From: Tagaea sp.
Lineage (GTDB): Bacteria; Pseudomonadota; Alphaproteobacteria; CACIAM-22H2
Length of the DNA stretch: 64,000 nucleotides
Reading direction: 5' to 3'
NCBI GenBank assembly: GCA_965279525.1
Contig: CBDIIB010000003.1
Span: 256,001-320,000 of the forward strand
Made by a program: the position numbers and the translations under genes. Below the pieces are notes generated by a model. The model worked only from the letters and a program-made list of their open reading frames with translations. It did not search any database and had not been told where the DNA came from. This document shows positions 37,081 to 47,604 of this stretch, one piece after another (position 1 is the stretch's first letter; each line of letters starts with the position of its first letter).

Positions 37081-38067
37081 ATGCTGCGTTTCATCGTCCT
37101 GCGTCTGATCTGGATGATCCCGTCCCTGATCGCCGTGAGCTTCCTCGCGTTCGTGCTCATCCAGCTTCCGCCGGGCGACTACGTCACCACCTATATCGCC
37201 ACGCTTGCCGCTTCGAACGAGGTCGTCGACCAGAACACGGCGGCTGACCTTCGCGCGCGCTTCGGTCTCGACCAGCCGATGGCCATCCAGTATCTCAAGT
37301 GGATTGTCGGCATCCTGTCGGAAGGCAATTTCGGCCTCAGCTTCGAGTGGCAGCAGCCGGTCTCGGAACTGATCTGGGAGCGCATGGCGCTCACCCTCGT
37401 GCTCACCGTCTCGACGCTGATCGTCACGTGGGGCATCGCTTTGCCCATCGGCGTGTTCTCGGCGGTGAAGAAATATTCGGTCGGCGACTATATCGCGACG
37501 TTCTTCAGCTTCCTTGGCCTCGCGATCCCGAGCTTCCTGCTCGCCCTCGTGCTGATGTACGTCGCCGCGGTCCAACTCGGGCAGGAGGTGGGCGGGCTCT
37601 TTTCCGAACGCTTCGTCAACGCGCCGTGGAGCTTCGCCAAGACCGTCGACCTGATCGCGCATCTGTGGGTGCCGGTCATCATCCTGGCCGTCTCGGGCAC
37701 GGCGAGCCTCATCCGCGTCATGCGCGCGAACATGCTCGACGAGCTCAACAAGCCCTACGTGACGACGGCCCGCGCCAAGGGCCTGTCGGAATTCGCGCTG
37801 CTCGTGAAGTATCCGCTGCGCGTGGCGCTCAACCCGTTCATCTCGACGATCGCGTGGCTGCTGCCAAATCTCGTGTCCGGCTCGATCATCGTGGCCATCG
37901 TGCTGAGCCTGCCGACGGCCGGCCCCATGCTGCTCCAGTCGCTGATGAGCCAGGACATGTATCTCGCGGGCGCCTTCGTGCTGCTCATCTGCGCGCTGAC
38001 GCTGGTGGGGGCGCTGGTCAGCGACATCCTGTTGGCGCTCGTCGATCCGCGTATCCGGCTGGAGTAG
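37081..38067 (+). CDS. Opp-type ABC permease (DppB-like)
   Basis: LIQLPPGD, FGLDQP, YVTTARAKGL, VDPRIR. Confidence 0.92.
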   Translation: MLRFIVLRLIWMIPSLIAVSFLAFVLIQLPPGDYVTTYIATLAASNEVVDQNTAADLRARFGLDQPMAIQYLKWIVGILSEGNFGLSFEWQQPVSELIWERMALTLVLTVSTLIVTWGIALPIGVFSAVKKYSVGDYIATFFSFLGLAIPSFLLALVLMYVAAVQLGQEVGGLFSERFVNAPWSFAKTVDLIAHLWVPVIILAVSGTASLIRVMRANMLDELNKPYVTTARAKGLSEFALLVKYPLRVALNPFISTIAWLLPNLVSGSIIVAIVLSLPTAGPMLLQSLMSQDMYLAGAFVLLICALTLVGALVSDILLALVDPRIRLE

Positions 38068-38070
38068 GCG

Positions 38071-39198
38071 ATGAGCGAGATCCAGTCCGTCGCCGTCGAC
38101 AACAAGCGGCTTGCCGTCGCTTCGCAGTGGCAGCTCGTCTGGTGGGCGTTCAAGCGCCACCAGCTCGCGATGATCGGCCTCGTCGTCGTGGTCGTGCTCT
38201 ACGTCATCGCCGCCGTCCCCGGTTTCTTCGCGGTCAACGATCCCGCACTCCAGAACGCGCGCGCGGCCTACCATCCGCCGCAGGCACTCCATTTCATCGA
38301 GACGGATGCTGACGGCAGCTGGCGCATCAAGCCCTATATCCACCCCTACCAGCTGCGCCGAGACCCGCAGACGCTGGCGGCGGTCTATGTCGAAGACACG
38401 AACCGCAAGGTCTATGTGACGATGTTCGGCACCGGCTATGCCTACACGGTGCTCGGCCTGTTCACGGCGAACACGCACATGTTCGCGTCGAGCGAGCCGC
38501 GCCAGCCGCTGTTCCTGCTGGGTGCCGACCGTCTCGGGCGCTGCGTCTACAGCCGCATCATGCAGGGCGCCCAGATCTCGCTGTCGGTCGGTCTCGTTGG
38601 CGTGTTCCTGTCGCTGACGATCGGCGTCGTGCTGGGCGGCATTTCGGGCTACTACGGCGGCAAGTCCGATTTCGCGATCCAGCGCGTGATCGAATTCATC
38701 CTGTCTCTGCCGACGATCCCGATCTGGCTGGCGATGGCGGCGGCCCTGCCGCAGGACTGGCCGGCGATCACGCAGTATTTCATGATCACGCTGATCCTTT
38801 CGCTGACCGGCTGGGCGCAGCTCGCGCGCGTCGTGCGCGGCCGCTTCCTCAGCTTGCGCACCGAGGAGTTCGTCGTGGCAGCACGCCTCGACGGGGCCTC
38901 GGAAGGGCGCATCATTTTCCGGCACATGCTGCCGAGCTTCATGAGCCACATCATCGCCAGCATCACGTTGGCAATTCCCGCGATGATCCTTGCCGAGACG
39001 TCGCTGTCGTTCCTCGGCCTCGGCCTGCAACCGCCGACCATCTCGTGGGGCGTGCTGCTGCGCGAAGCGCAGAACATCCGCTCGATCGCGACGGCACCCT
39101 GGCTGTTCGCCCCCGGTGCCGCCGTCGTCATCGCCGTGATGGCGCTCAACTTCCTCGGCGACGGCCTGCGCGACGCGGCGGATCCGTACAACAAATGA
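38071..39198 (+). CDS. Opp-type ABC permease (DppC-like)
   Basis: LGADRLGR, EEFVVAARLDGA, ETSLSFLGLG, GDGLRDAADP. Confidence 0.92.
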   Translation: MSEIQSVAVDNKRLAVASQWQLVWWAFKRHQLAMIGLVVVVVLYVIAAVPGFFAVNDPALQNARAAYHPPQALHFIETDADGSWRIKPYIHPYQLRRDPQTLAAVYVEDTNRKVYVTMFGTGYAYTVLGLFTANTHMFASSEPRQPLFLLGADRLGRCVYSRIMQGAQISLSVGLVGVFLSLTIGVVLGGISGYYGGKSDFAIQRVIEFILSLPTIPIWLAMAAALPQDWPAITQYFMITLILSLTGWAQLARVVRGRFLSLRTEEFVVAARLDGASEGRIIFRHMLPSFMSHIIASITLAIPAMILAETSLSFLGLGLQPPTISWGVLLREAQNIRSIATAPWLFAPGAAVVIAVMALNFLGDGLRDAADPYNK

Positions 39199-40892
39199 CA
39201 GCAGCTCCAAAAGACGGTGACATCGTCCTCGACGTGCGCGACCTCGTCACGCACTTCGCCACCCGTACCGGCGTGGTGAAGGCGGTCGACGGCGTGTCGT
39301 TCGCCGTCCGGCGTGGCAAGACGCTGTGCGTGGTCGGCGAGAGCGGCAGCGGCAAGAGCGTGACCGCCCGCTCGATCCTGCAGATCGTCGACGTGCCCGG
39401 CCGGATCGTCTCGGGCTCGATGGTGCTGCACCGGCCCGACGGCAGTTCGGTCGATCTGGCCCAGCTCCATCCGCGCAGCAAGGAAATCCGCGCCGTGCGC
39501 GGTGCCGAGATCGCGATGATCTTCCAGGAGCCGATGTCGTCGCTGTCGCCCGTGCACACGGTCGGCGACCAGATCATGGAAGTGCTGCGCCTGCACCTCG
39601 GCATGGACAAGGCCGCCGCGCGCGCGCGGACGGTCGAGCTGTTGAAGCAGGTCGAGATCCCCAATCCCGACCGCGCGGTCGACCGCTACACGTTCGAGTT
39701 CTCCGGCGGCATGCGCCAGCGCGTCATGATCGCGATGTCGCTCGCCTGCAATCCGTCGATGCTGATCGCCGACGAACCGACGACGGCGCTCGACGTGACG
39801 ACGCAGGCCGAGATCCTCGATCTCATCAAGCGGCTGCAGACGAAGTTCGGCATGGCGGTGCTGTTCATCACGCACGACATGGGCGTGGTGGCCGAGATCG
39901 CCGACGAAGTGCTCGTGATGTACCACGGTAAGGTCATGGAGAGCGGCCCGGTCGAGCAGATATTCCATGCGCCGAAGGACGAATACACGCGCATGCTGAT
40001 CGGCTCGGTGCTGCGCCTGGAACAGAAGGCGGAGATCCGCCTGAAGCGCGAACCGATCCGCGAAGAAGCCCCGCCGGTCATCGAGGTGCGCGGCCTGCGC
40101 ATGCATTTCGGCGAGGGGAAGAATGTCACCAAGGCAGTCGACGACGTTTCGCTGATCGTCCGCCCGGGCGAGACGCTGGGCATCGTTGGCGAGTCCGGGT
40201 CGGGCAAGACGACGATGGGGCGCTGCCTGCTGCGCGTCTACGAACCCAACGGCGGGGCGATCGACTACCGGCGTGCCGACGGCAGCGTCGTCGACCTCGT
40301 GTCGGCCGACAAGGAAACATTGAAGGCAATGCGCCGCGAGATCCGGATGATCTTCCAGGATCCGGTCGGCTCGCTCAATCCGCGCATGACCGTCGCCCAG
40401 ATCATCGGCGAGCCGCTCTACGTCAATGGTCTTGCCAAGGGTACGGAACTTGACGACCGGGTCGCCGGGCTGATGAAGCAGGTCGGCCTCGAGCCGGCAT
40501 GGCGCGAACGCTATCCGCACGCCTTCTCGGGCGGGCAGCGCCAGCGCATCGGCATCGCGCGCGCGATCGCACTCAAGCCGCGCGTCATCGTCGCCGACGA
40601 GGCGACGTCGGCGCTGGACGTGTCGATCCGCTCGCAGATGCTCGACCTGATGATGAACCTGCAGGACGAGCTCGGGCTGTCCTACGTGTTCATCAGCCAC
40701 GACATCGGCGTGATCCGCTACATGTGCGACCGCGTGGCGGTCATGTATCGCGGCAAGGTCGTCGAGACGGGAAGCACCGACCAGGTCTGCGACGCGCCGA
40801 CGCACGACTATACCAAGGCGCTGCTGTCCGCCATTCCGCGTCCCGATCCGCGCCATCGCCGGATCCACGCGCGCTTCCGCTACGCCGGCTAG
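39195..40892 (+). CDS. Opp-type ABC ATP-binding protein, fused double ATPase
   Basis: Two NBDs: [20 protein letters not shown] and [20 protein letters not shown]. Confidence 0.93.
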   Translation: MTAAPKDGDIVLDVRDLVTHFATRTGVVKAVDGVSFAVRRGKTLCVVGESGSGKSVTARSILQIVDVPGRIVSGSMVLHRPDGSSVDLAQLHPRSKEIRAVRGAEIAMIFQEPMSSLSPVHTVGDQIMEVLRLHLGMDKAAARARTVELLKQVEIPNPDRAVDRYTFEFSGGMRQRVMIAMSLACNPSMLIADEPTTALDVTTQAEILDLIKRLQTKFGMAVLFITHDMGVVAEIADEVLVMYHGKVMESGPVEQIFHAPKDEYTRMLIGSVLRLEQKAEIRLKREPIREEAPPVIEVRGLRMHFGEGKNVTKAVDDVSLIVRPGETLGIVGESGSGKTTMGRCLLRVYEPNGGAIDYRRADGSVVDLVSADKETLKAMRREIRMIFQDPVGSLNPRMTVAQIIGEPLYVNGLAKGTELDDRVAGLMKQVGLEPAWRERYPHAFSGGQRQRIGIARAIALKPRVIVADEATSALDVSIRSQMLDLMMNLQDELGLSYVFISHDIGVIRYMCDRVAVMYRGKVVETGSTDQVCDAPTHDYTKALLSAIPRPDPRHRRIHARFRYAG

Positions 40893-40900
40893 GAGTTTCC

Positions 40901-42124
40901 ATGCGCATCGTTGACATCCGCACCTTCCTGATGCAGGTGGATGCACCCAATCTGCGCAGCTGGGCTTCCGACGGCTCGTTCGGGCACGAAAAGTCGAAGA
41001 AGGGACTGACGGGCACGCGCAACTGGCTGTTCGTCAAGGTCTATACCGACGAAGGCATCGTCGGCATCGGCGAATGCAGCGGCTGGCCGCGCGTCATCGA
41101 GACGGCCGTGCAGGACCTCAAGTCGATTCTCGTCGGGCAGGACCCGATGAACATCGAGCACCTGTGGCAGAAGATGATGAGCGCGCTGATGGCCCACGGA
41201 ATGCTGGGCACGGTCGGCGGCGGCGCCATGACCGGCATCGACATGGCGCTGTGGGACATCAAGGGCAAGGCGCTCAACACGCCGGTATGGAACCTGCTGG
41301 GCGGCAAGCTGCGCGACAAGATCCGCATCTATGCCCATGCCAACACCGTCGAGGTCGCACTCGACCTCAAGAAGCGCGGCATCACGGCGATCAAGTGCGG
41401 CGGCGTATCCGATCCCGTGCGCAAGGTCGCGATGCTGCGCGAGGCGATCGGGCCGGAAATGGACCTGATGATCGACCTGCACGGACCGCCGTGGTTGACG
41501 CCGGCGGACGCGGCACAGGTCGCCCGCGCGCTCGAACCCTACAAGCTGATGTTCGTCGAGGACCCGATCGCGCCCGAGAATCTCGACGGCTACCGGCGCA
41601 TCCGCGATGCCGCCAACGTCACGCTTGCCGGCGGCGAGCGCATGGCGACGATCTACGGGCTTCGCGAACTGATCGAGAAGGATCTGGTCGACGTGGTGCA
41701 GCCCGACACCGGCCGTGCCGGCGGCATCACGCAGATGAAGAAGATCGCCGCGATGGCCGAGGCGCACCACATCATGATGGCGCCGCATTCGGGTTCGCTC
41801 GGGCCGGTCGCGGAATACGCGGCGCTGCACGTGCTTGCCGCGATCCCCAACGCGCTGATCCTCGAGCGCATCGAGGACGACTGGGCCGGCCGCGCGCAGA
41901 CCGTCATTCCGCATCCGGTCCAGAAAGACGGCTATCTCGAGGTTCCGAACAAGCCGGGCCTTGGCGTGGACATCGACGAGGAATTCGTCGCGCGCTACCC
42001 CAGCGAACGCAATGTTTCCAACCCGGGGAAGTCGACCGATACTTCCTATGCGGCCGGAACGTCCGACGAGCATGTCTATGTGCAGACGCGCCTGCGTCGC
42101 GGGATCTATTTTGGGAAGGATTGA
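40901..42124 (+). CDS. Mandelate racemase/enolase-family sugar-acid dehydratase
   Basis: AGGAG RBS; RNWLFVKV, IDMALWDIKGK, MIDLHG, FVEDP, GGER, QPD, APH, PGLGVDIDE. Confidence 0.88.
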   Translation: MRIVDIRTFLMQVDAPNLRSWASDGSFGHEKSKKGLTGTRNWLFVKVYTDEGIVGIGECSGWPRVIETAVQDLKSILVGQDPMNIEHLWQKMMSALMAHGMLGTVGGGAMTGIDMALWDIKGKALNTPVWNLLGGKLRDKIRIYAHANTVEVALDLKKRGITAIKCGGVSDPVRKVAMLREAIGPEMDLMIDLHGPPWLTPADAAQVARALEPYKLMFVEDPIAPENLDGYRRIRDAANVTLAGGERMATIYGLRELIEKDLVDVVQPDTGRAGGITQMKKIAAMAEAHHIMMAPHSGSLGPVAEYAALHVLAAIPNALILERIEDDWAGRAQTVIPHPVQKDGYLEVPNKPGLGVDIDEEFVARYPSERNVSNPGKSTDTSYAAGTSDEHVYVQTRLRRGIYFGKD

Positions 42125-42127
42125 GCC

Positions 42128-42850
42128 ATGACGAAGAAACTTTCGGATGCCACGCGCAAGGCGTTCATGGGTGTGAGCACCGCCACGCTGTGCACGGCCC
42201 TGTTCAAGCGGGGCCTGCGCAACCAGTTCATCCAGGACGTGCGGCCGCTGAACGCGAACCTGCCCAACATGGTCGGCGAGGCCTTCACGCTGCGCTACAT
42301 CCCGGCGCGCGAGGATCTCAACCAGATCACCGTTTTCCAGGACCGCGGCCATCCGCAGCGCAAGGCGGTCGAGGAATGCCCGCCGGGCTCGGTGATGGTC
42401 ATCGACAGCCGCAAGGACGCGCGCGCGGCTTCGGCCGGCGGCATCCTCGTCACGCGCCTGATGAAGCGCGGGGCGGCCGGCGTGGTCACCGACGGCGGCT
42501 TCCGCGATTCCCCCGAGATCGCCGAGATGACGTTCCCCGCCTATCACACCCGCCCGTCGGCGCCGACGAACCTGACGCTCCACCAGGCCGTCGAGATCAA
42601 CGGGCCGATCGGCTGCGGCGACGCGCCCGTGTGGCCTGGCGACGTCGTGGTCGGCGACCGGGAAGGCGTCATCGTCGTGCCGGCGCATATTGCCGACGAG
42701 ATCGCCGCCGAAGCGACCGAGATGACCGTCTTCGAGGATTTCGTCATCGACATGGTCCAGCAGGGCCGTTCGATCCTCGGCCTCTATCCGCCGACCGAGG
42801 AAAAGTCGAAGACCGACTTCGCCGCCTGGCGCAAGGCCAAGGGAAGGTGA
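42128..42850 (+). CDS. RraA-like / HMG-CHA aldolase family protein
   Basis: GEAFTLRYIP, ASAGGIL, VVTDGGFRD, PGDVVVGDREGVIVVP. Confidence 0.85.
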   Translation: MTKKLSDATRKAFMGVSTATLCTALFKRGLRNQFIQDVRPLNANLPNMVGEAFTLRYIPAREDLNQITVFQDRGHPQRKAVEECPPGSVMVIDSRKDARAASAGGILVTRLMKRGAAGVVTDGGFRDSPEIAEMTFPAYHTRPSAPTNLTLHQAVEINGPIGCGDAPVWPGDVVVGDREGVIVVPAHIADEIAAEATEMTVFEDFVIDMVQQGRSILGLYPPTEEKSKTDFAAWRKAKGR

Positions 42851-43857
42851 GCGCCGCTCCGGTCGTCTGGGGCGTCCTCGGGGCGGCCCGCATCGCGACC
42901 GTCCGGGTCGTGCCGGGCATGAAGACGAGTACCTTGTGCGACATGCGCGCGATCGCCTCGCGCGACATCGCGAAGGCCGAGGCCGCCGCCCAAACGCTCG
43001 GCCTCGCCAAGGCCTATGGCAGCTACGAGGCGATGCTCGCCGACCCCGAAATCGAGGCAGTCTACAACCCGCTGCCCAACCACCTGCATGTGCCGTGGAC
43101 GATCCGCGCGATGGAAGCCGGCAAGCACGTGCTGTGCGAGAAGCCGGTGGCCCTGACGGCCATGGAGGCGGCGACGCTGCTCGACGCGCGCACGCGCACC
43201 GGCAAGCTGGTCGCGGAAGCCTTCATGGTCCGGTTCCATCCGCAGTGGCTGCGCGCGCGCGAGATCGTGCGCAGCGGCGAGATCGGCGAGCTGCGCAGCA
43301 TCGCCACGCAGTTCTGCTACAACAATCCCGATCCGGCGAACGTGCGCAACAAGGTCGATATCGGCGGCGGCGGGCTCTACGACATCGGCTGCTATGCGGT
43401 GCTGACCGCACGCTTCATCTTCGGCAGCGAGCCGCAGCGCGTCGTGTCGCTGATCGACCGCGATCCCGCGATGAAGGTCGACCGCGTGGCGAGCGGCCTC
43501 GTCGATTTCGGCGGCGGCCGCCAGCTGGTCTTCGGCGTGTCGACCCAGACCGTGCCCTCCCAGCGCGTGCAGATCATGGGCACGAAGGGCCGCATCGAGA
43601 TGCCCGTCCCCTTCAATCCCACCCCGGGCTCGTCGGCGAAGATTTTCGTCGACGACGGGCGCGATCTCTACGGGACCGGAATCCGGACCGAGACGCTGGA
43701 ATCGTGCGACCAGTACGCGCTGCAGGGCGAAGCCTTCTCGCGCGCGGTGCGCGGAATGGCATCGCTCGACTGGCCGATCGAGGACGCGGTCGCCAACATG
43801 CGCGTGCTCGACGCGCTTTACCGCTCGGGCGAATCCGGCGGCTGGGAGAGCCCCTGA
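42847..43857 (+). CDS. Gfo/Idh/MocA family oxidoreductase (sugar 1-dehydrogenase-like)
   Basis: GTGA overlap; WGVLGAARIA, YNPLPNHLH, HVLCEKP, EAFM, GGGLYDIGCY. Confidence 0.9.
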   Translation: MSAAPVVWGVLGAARIATVRVVPGMKTSTLCDMRAIASRDIAKAEAAAQTLGLAKAYGSYEAMLADPEIEAVYNPLPNHLHVPWTIRAMEAGKHVLCEKPVALTAMEAATLLDARTRTGKLVAEAFMVRFHPQWLRAREIVRSGEIGELRSIATQFCYNNPDPANVRNKVDIGGGGLYDIGCYAVLTARFIFGSEPQRVVSLIDRDPAMKVDRVASGLVDFGGGRQLVFGVSTQTVPSQRVQIMGTKGRIEMPVPFNPTPGSSAKIFVDDGRDLYGTGIRTETLESCDQYALQGEAFSRAVRGMASLDWPIEDAVANMRVLDALYRSGESGGWESP

Positions 43858-46136
43858 GGGGGTTGCCGTCCGTCGAGCGCTTCGCGCAGGCGGCGGGCCA
43901 GTTCTTCTTTCCGGTAGGGTTTCGCGAGCAGACGCACGTCCGGGGGCAGCGGATTGCCGCGCTCGTGGCGGGCTGCGGGAAATCCCGAGGCAAGCAGAAT
44001 GCGCGTGTCGGGCCAGCGTTGCGTCACCGAGCGAGCAAGTTCGAACCCGTTGATGCCGCCGGGCATCACCACGTCGGAAAACACGAGATCGACCGGCGTG
44101 TCCTCGAGGATGCGCAAGGCCGAAGGTCCGTCGTCGGCCAGCACCAGGCGGTAGCCAAGCTTGCGAAGCTGGCGCGCGGCCACACGCCGCAGTGCTTCAT
44201 TGTCCTCGACGAGAAGGATGGTCTCGCGGCCGCCCCGCGACACGGGCTCGACGCGCGGTTCCGGCTCGTTGGCGCCTGCGGCGGAACGCGGCAGATAGAG
44301 GCGGAAGGTGGTGCCGGCGCCAACCTCGCTGTAGACGCTGACGTGGCCACCCGACTGCTTCAGGAATCCGAACACCATGCTGAGACCGAGCCCGGTGCCC
44401 TTTCCCTGTTCCTTGGTCGTGAAGAACGGCTCGAAGATCCGGCCCAGTGCATCGGGCGCAATGCCGGTACCCGAATCCGAGACCTCGATCATCGCGTACT
44501 CGCCGGGCGCCACGCCCGGATTGAGTGAAGCATAGTCGTCGTCGAGGACGCGGTTTTCGGTCGCGATCCGCAGCATGCCGCCGTCGGGCATGGCATCGCG
44601 CGCGTTGTTGGCGAGGTTGACCAGCCCGGACTCGAGCTGCGCCGGGTCGGCGACCACCGGCCAGATGTCGGCCCCCGCTGAAACGGAAAGTTCGATGTCG
44701 TCGCCCAACGTCCGGCGCAACAGGGTGGCAATGCCCGCGACGAGGACGTTCACGTCGACGCGCTCGGGCTGCAACGGCTGTCGGCGGGCGAAAGCGAGCA
44801 GGCGCTGGGTCAGGTCCGCGCCGCGCAGGGCGGCGTCGAGGGCTTCGCGCGCAAGCTCCGTCGTCTCGGCGTCCTGTGCTTCGCGCCCCAGCAGCAGATC
44901 GATGTTTCCGATTATGATGCTGAGGAGGTTGTTGAAGTCGTGCGCCATCCCGCCCGTCAGGTTTCCGACGGCCTCCATCTTCTGCGCCTGGCGCAGCTGT
45001 TGCTCGACCGACTTGCGCCGGGTGACGTCGGTCAGCGCGTAGGCGACCCCACGCGTGCCGGATTCGTCGCGCATGACGGCGCCGTCAAAGCTGATCTCGA
45101 CGAATGTCCCGTCCTTGCGCTGCCGGCGTACCTCGACGTCCCGGAGCGTCTCGCCGGCAAGGGCCCGCTCGAACAGCGCATCGAACTCGGCCTCAAGTCC
45201 CGGCGGAACGAGCATGTATTTGCGCCCGACCGCTTCTTCCCGGCTAAAGCCAAACAGCTGCTCGGCCGCCCGGCTCCAGATCAGGACCGTCCGGTCGGTC
45301 GACACGCAGATGATCGCGACCGGCGAAGCATCGATGACTGCTTCGAGCGTGTTGCGGGTGACGTGCTCGGTCGCTTCGGTCCGCCGGCGGATGCCGACCT
45401 CAGTCTCGAGCGCGTCGACGGTGCTGGCCAGCTCGGCTGTCCTTTCTCGGACGCGTCTGTCCATCTGGGCGTTCAGCGCGCGCAGCGCGTCGAACGCTTC
45501 GGATCGCCGCCGCGATTCCCGGAGCGCAAGGCCGAACACGACGCCGATGATGGCGATGCCGCCCGCGGTCGTCACGCCGACGATCGACAGGATCTGGCTT
45601 GCATCCCGTTCGGAGTCGGCATCGCTCAGGCGGAGCAGGCGCTGCTCCTCGTCCGATATCGCTCCGAGTGCGTTGCCGATCTTCTCGCGGAAGAATATCG
45701 CGCGCCGCAGATTCTCGACCGTCTCGTCGGCGCTCGCATTGTTCGAGCGTCGGGTCTCGATCATGACGCCCTGGCTTTCGGACCAGTAGCGCACCAGCTC
45801 CGCCAGATCGTCGAGGCGCTTTTGTTGTGCCGGATTGTCCGCCAGCTTGAAGCGCAGCTCGGTGATGAGGTCGGTGATGCGTGCCGATGCGGAACGATGG
45901 GAGGCAAGATCGGCCTCGTCGCCGGTGACAGCGAATGTATTTGCGCTCGCCGCACCGCGCGCGACATTCGAGAAGAATTCGTCGGTGGCGGACATCACCT
46001 CATGCGTATGGTCGACGAGATTCCGGGAGGCGAGCAGTTCGGCGACGGCGCGATAGACAAGTGCGCTCCCGCCGCCGATAAGCAGGATCGCGAGGGCGAA
46101 AATCGAAAGACGCACCGGGGATATCAGCCGGTTCAT
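43818..46136 (-). CDS. Hybrid sensor histidine kinase (TM-CHASE3-TM-PAS-HisKA-HATPase-REC)
   Basis: VDHTHEV periplasmic start, PAS ending DVT, H-box GGMAHDFNNLL, NARDAM, DSGTGI, GTGLGL, receiver LLVED...SDVVMPG...KPY. Confidence 0.92.
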   Translation of the reverse strand: MNRLISPVRLSIFALAILLIGGGSALVYRAVAELLASRNLVDHTHEVMSATDEFFSNVARGAASANTFAVTGDEADLASHRSASARITDLITELRFKLADNPAQQKRLDDLAELVRYWSESQGVMIETRRSNNASADETVENLRRAIFFREKIGNALGAISDEEQRLLRLSDADSERDASQILSIVGVTTAGGIAIIGVVFGLALRESRRRSEAFDALRALNAQMDRRVRERTAELASTVDALETEVGIRRRTEATEHVTRNTLEAVIDASPVAIICVSTDRTVLIWSRAAEQLFGFSREEAVGRKYMLVPPGLEAEFDALFERALAGETLRDVEVRRQRKDGTFVEISFDGAVMRDESGTRGVAYALTDVTRRKSVEQQLRQAQKMEAVGNLTGGMAHDFNNLLSIIIGNIDLLLGREAQDAETTELAREALDAALRGADLTQRLLAFARRQPLQPERVDVNVLVAGIATLLRRTLGDDIELSVSAGADIWPVVADPAQLESGLVNLANNARDAMPDGGMLRIATENRVLDDDYASLNPGVAPGEYAMIEVSDSGTGIAPDALGRIFEPFFTTKEQGKGTGLGLSMVFGFLKQSGGHVSVYSEVGAGTTFRLYLPRSAAGANEPEPRVEPVSRGGRETILLVEDNEALRRVAARQLRKLGYRLVLADDGPSALRILEDTPVDLVFSDVVMPGGINGFELARSVTQRWPDTRILLASGFPAARHERGNPLPPDVRLLAKPYRKEELARRLREALDGRQPPQGLSQPPDSPER

Positions 46137-46154
46137 GACCGAGCCACCCGCCCG

Positions 46155-47333
46155 TCAATGGGGGCCGGTCGAGAGCGTTTCGACAAATCCTTCGATCGGG
46201 CTCGGCTTGGCGAAGAAGTAGCCCTGCGCCATGTCGCATCCGAGTTCGTCGAGGACCGCGAGGTCGTCGGCGGTTTCGACGCCCTCCGCGACCGCAATGA
46301 TCCCGAAGCGGTGGGCGAGTTCCACGACGCTGCGGCACGTCTCGCGCTTTGCCGCGTCGGACGCGCAGCCGTTGACGTAGCCGCGGTCCAGCTTGAGTTC
46401 CGCGAACGGAAGCTCGTCGAGACGCGCGAGCGTCGAATGGCCCGTGCCGAAATCGTCGACCGACACGTGCAGATCGTAGAGCCGGAGCTGCACCGCGACC
46501 TCGCGCGCGACATCCGGATCGTGCAGCGTTTCCGTCTCCGTGATCTCGACGATCAGGCCCGGAAAGGTGGCGTCGACCGGCAGGTGGCGCCGGAAATTCG
46601 CGACGAAGTTTGGCGATTGCAGGATCGACGCGGGCACGTTCACGGCCAGCCGGATGTCGCCGCGCGCCGCGGCGATCGTCGGCCAGTCCGCGAGCGCCCG
46701 GCGCACGACGAAATCGGTGAGCGGATGGAAGAGCGGATCGCCGGCGGGGGGGAGGAACGCGCCGGGCGGTACGAGCTTGCCATCCGGATGGCGCAGGCGC
46801 ACCAGCGCCTCGGCGCCGCGGATCCGCCGCGTGCGCAGGTCGACTTTCGGCTGATACCACAGCTCGAGCCATCGGTTCTCGATAGCGGCGGCAAGATCGA
46901 TCCGGGGGGAGGCGGGGGCCGGTATTGCCAGCCCGCCAAGTCGCGTCTTGAGGTCGTCGAGCCGGAACGGCTTGCGCAGATGATCGAGCATTGTCAGGCC
47001 CTGCCGCCGGCCGATCTTCTGGACTTCGTCGAGCGTGCGCGCGTCGTGCCCGCTCATCAGCAGGACGCTGCCGGTGAAGCGCGATGCGGCAAGGCTGCGC
47101 ATGACTTCGACGGCGTCGGTCGTGCCCAGCGACAGGTCGAGCAGGATGACTCCGGGCTTGGCCTGTGTCAGCGCCGCCTCGACGTCGGCCACGCGGCTGT
47201 ATTCCCGTGGGGCAAAGCCCAATCCTGAGAGGCATCGGGCAACGAAGGTGCGGATCTGGGGGTCGTCGTCGACCACGAAGGCAACCGGCAAAGGAGGCGG
47301 CGAACTTCGCGCAGATGCAAATGTGTCAGCCAT
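46155..47333 (-). CDS. Response regulator with EAL c-di-GMP phosphodiesterase domain (REC-EAL)
   Basis: VVDDD...LLDL...KPF; YQPK, AEALVR, AVN, EITE, DDFGTGHS, ELKLDR, AEGVE, QGYFFAKP. Confidence 0.92.
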   Translation of the reverse strand: MADTFASARSSPPPLPVAFVVDDDPQIRTFVARCLSGLGFAPREYSRVADVEAALTQAKPGVILLDLSLGTTDAVEVMRSLAASRFTGSVLLMSGHDARTLDEVQKIGRRQGLTMLDHLRKPFRLDDLKTRLGGLAIPAPASPRIDLAAAIENRWLELWYQPKVDLRTRRIRGAEALVRLRHPDGKLVPPGAFLPPAGDPLFHPLTDFVVRRALADWPTIAAARGDIRLAVNVPASILQSPNFVANFRRHLPVDATFPGLIVEITETETLHDPDVAREVAVQLRLYDLHVSVDDFGTGHSTLARLDELPFAELKLDRGYVNGCASDAAKRETCRSVVELAHRFGIIAVAEGVETADDLAVLDELGCDMAQGYFFAKPSPIEGFVETLSTGPH

Positions 47334-47604
47334 TATTTACACCGTTTTGAGGGGGGTCTCAAACGAGTAAAGCCACCCAAAAGTTTGATCCGAAATGGAT
47401 GCTACTTTCAATAAAAAGTTCGGTTCAATTGAAAGGTGTAATAAAAAATAGATTATAGCTTAAGTAAAATCTTGAAAAGATTGTCAATACAATCCCTTAC
47501 ACGGCGACAGCACTGCGCCAGTCGCCGAAAACACCAGAAATTAGTCGCAGGAACGCGAAAATAATTTCTCGGAAATTATGGAATGCAAATCGGAATAGTG
47601 GATA
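47334..47604 (-). promoter_or_regulatory. AT-rich promoter region of the REC-EAL/kinase pair
   Basis: Sharp drop in GC; minus-strand TTGACA (47482-47487) and TATAAT (47452-47457); overlapping inverted repeats. Confidence 0.6.

Noticed and set aside
42128-42850. RNase E regulator RraA or MenG annotation
   Set aside because: Length and operon context with dehydratase and dehydrogenase favour an aldolase/decarboxylase
43818-43857. 40 bp convergent overlap between the Gfo gene and the kinase
   Set aside because: Short tail-to-tail overlaps are common in GC-rich genomes; both proteins look complete
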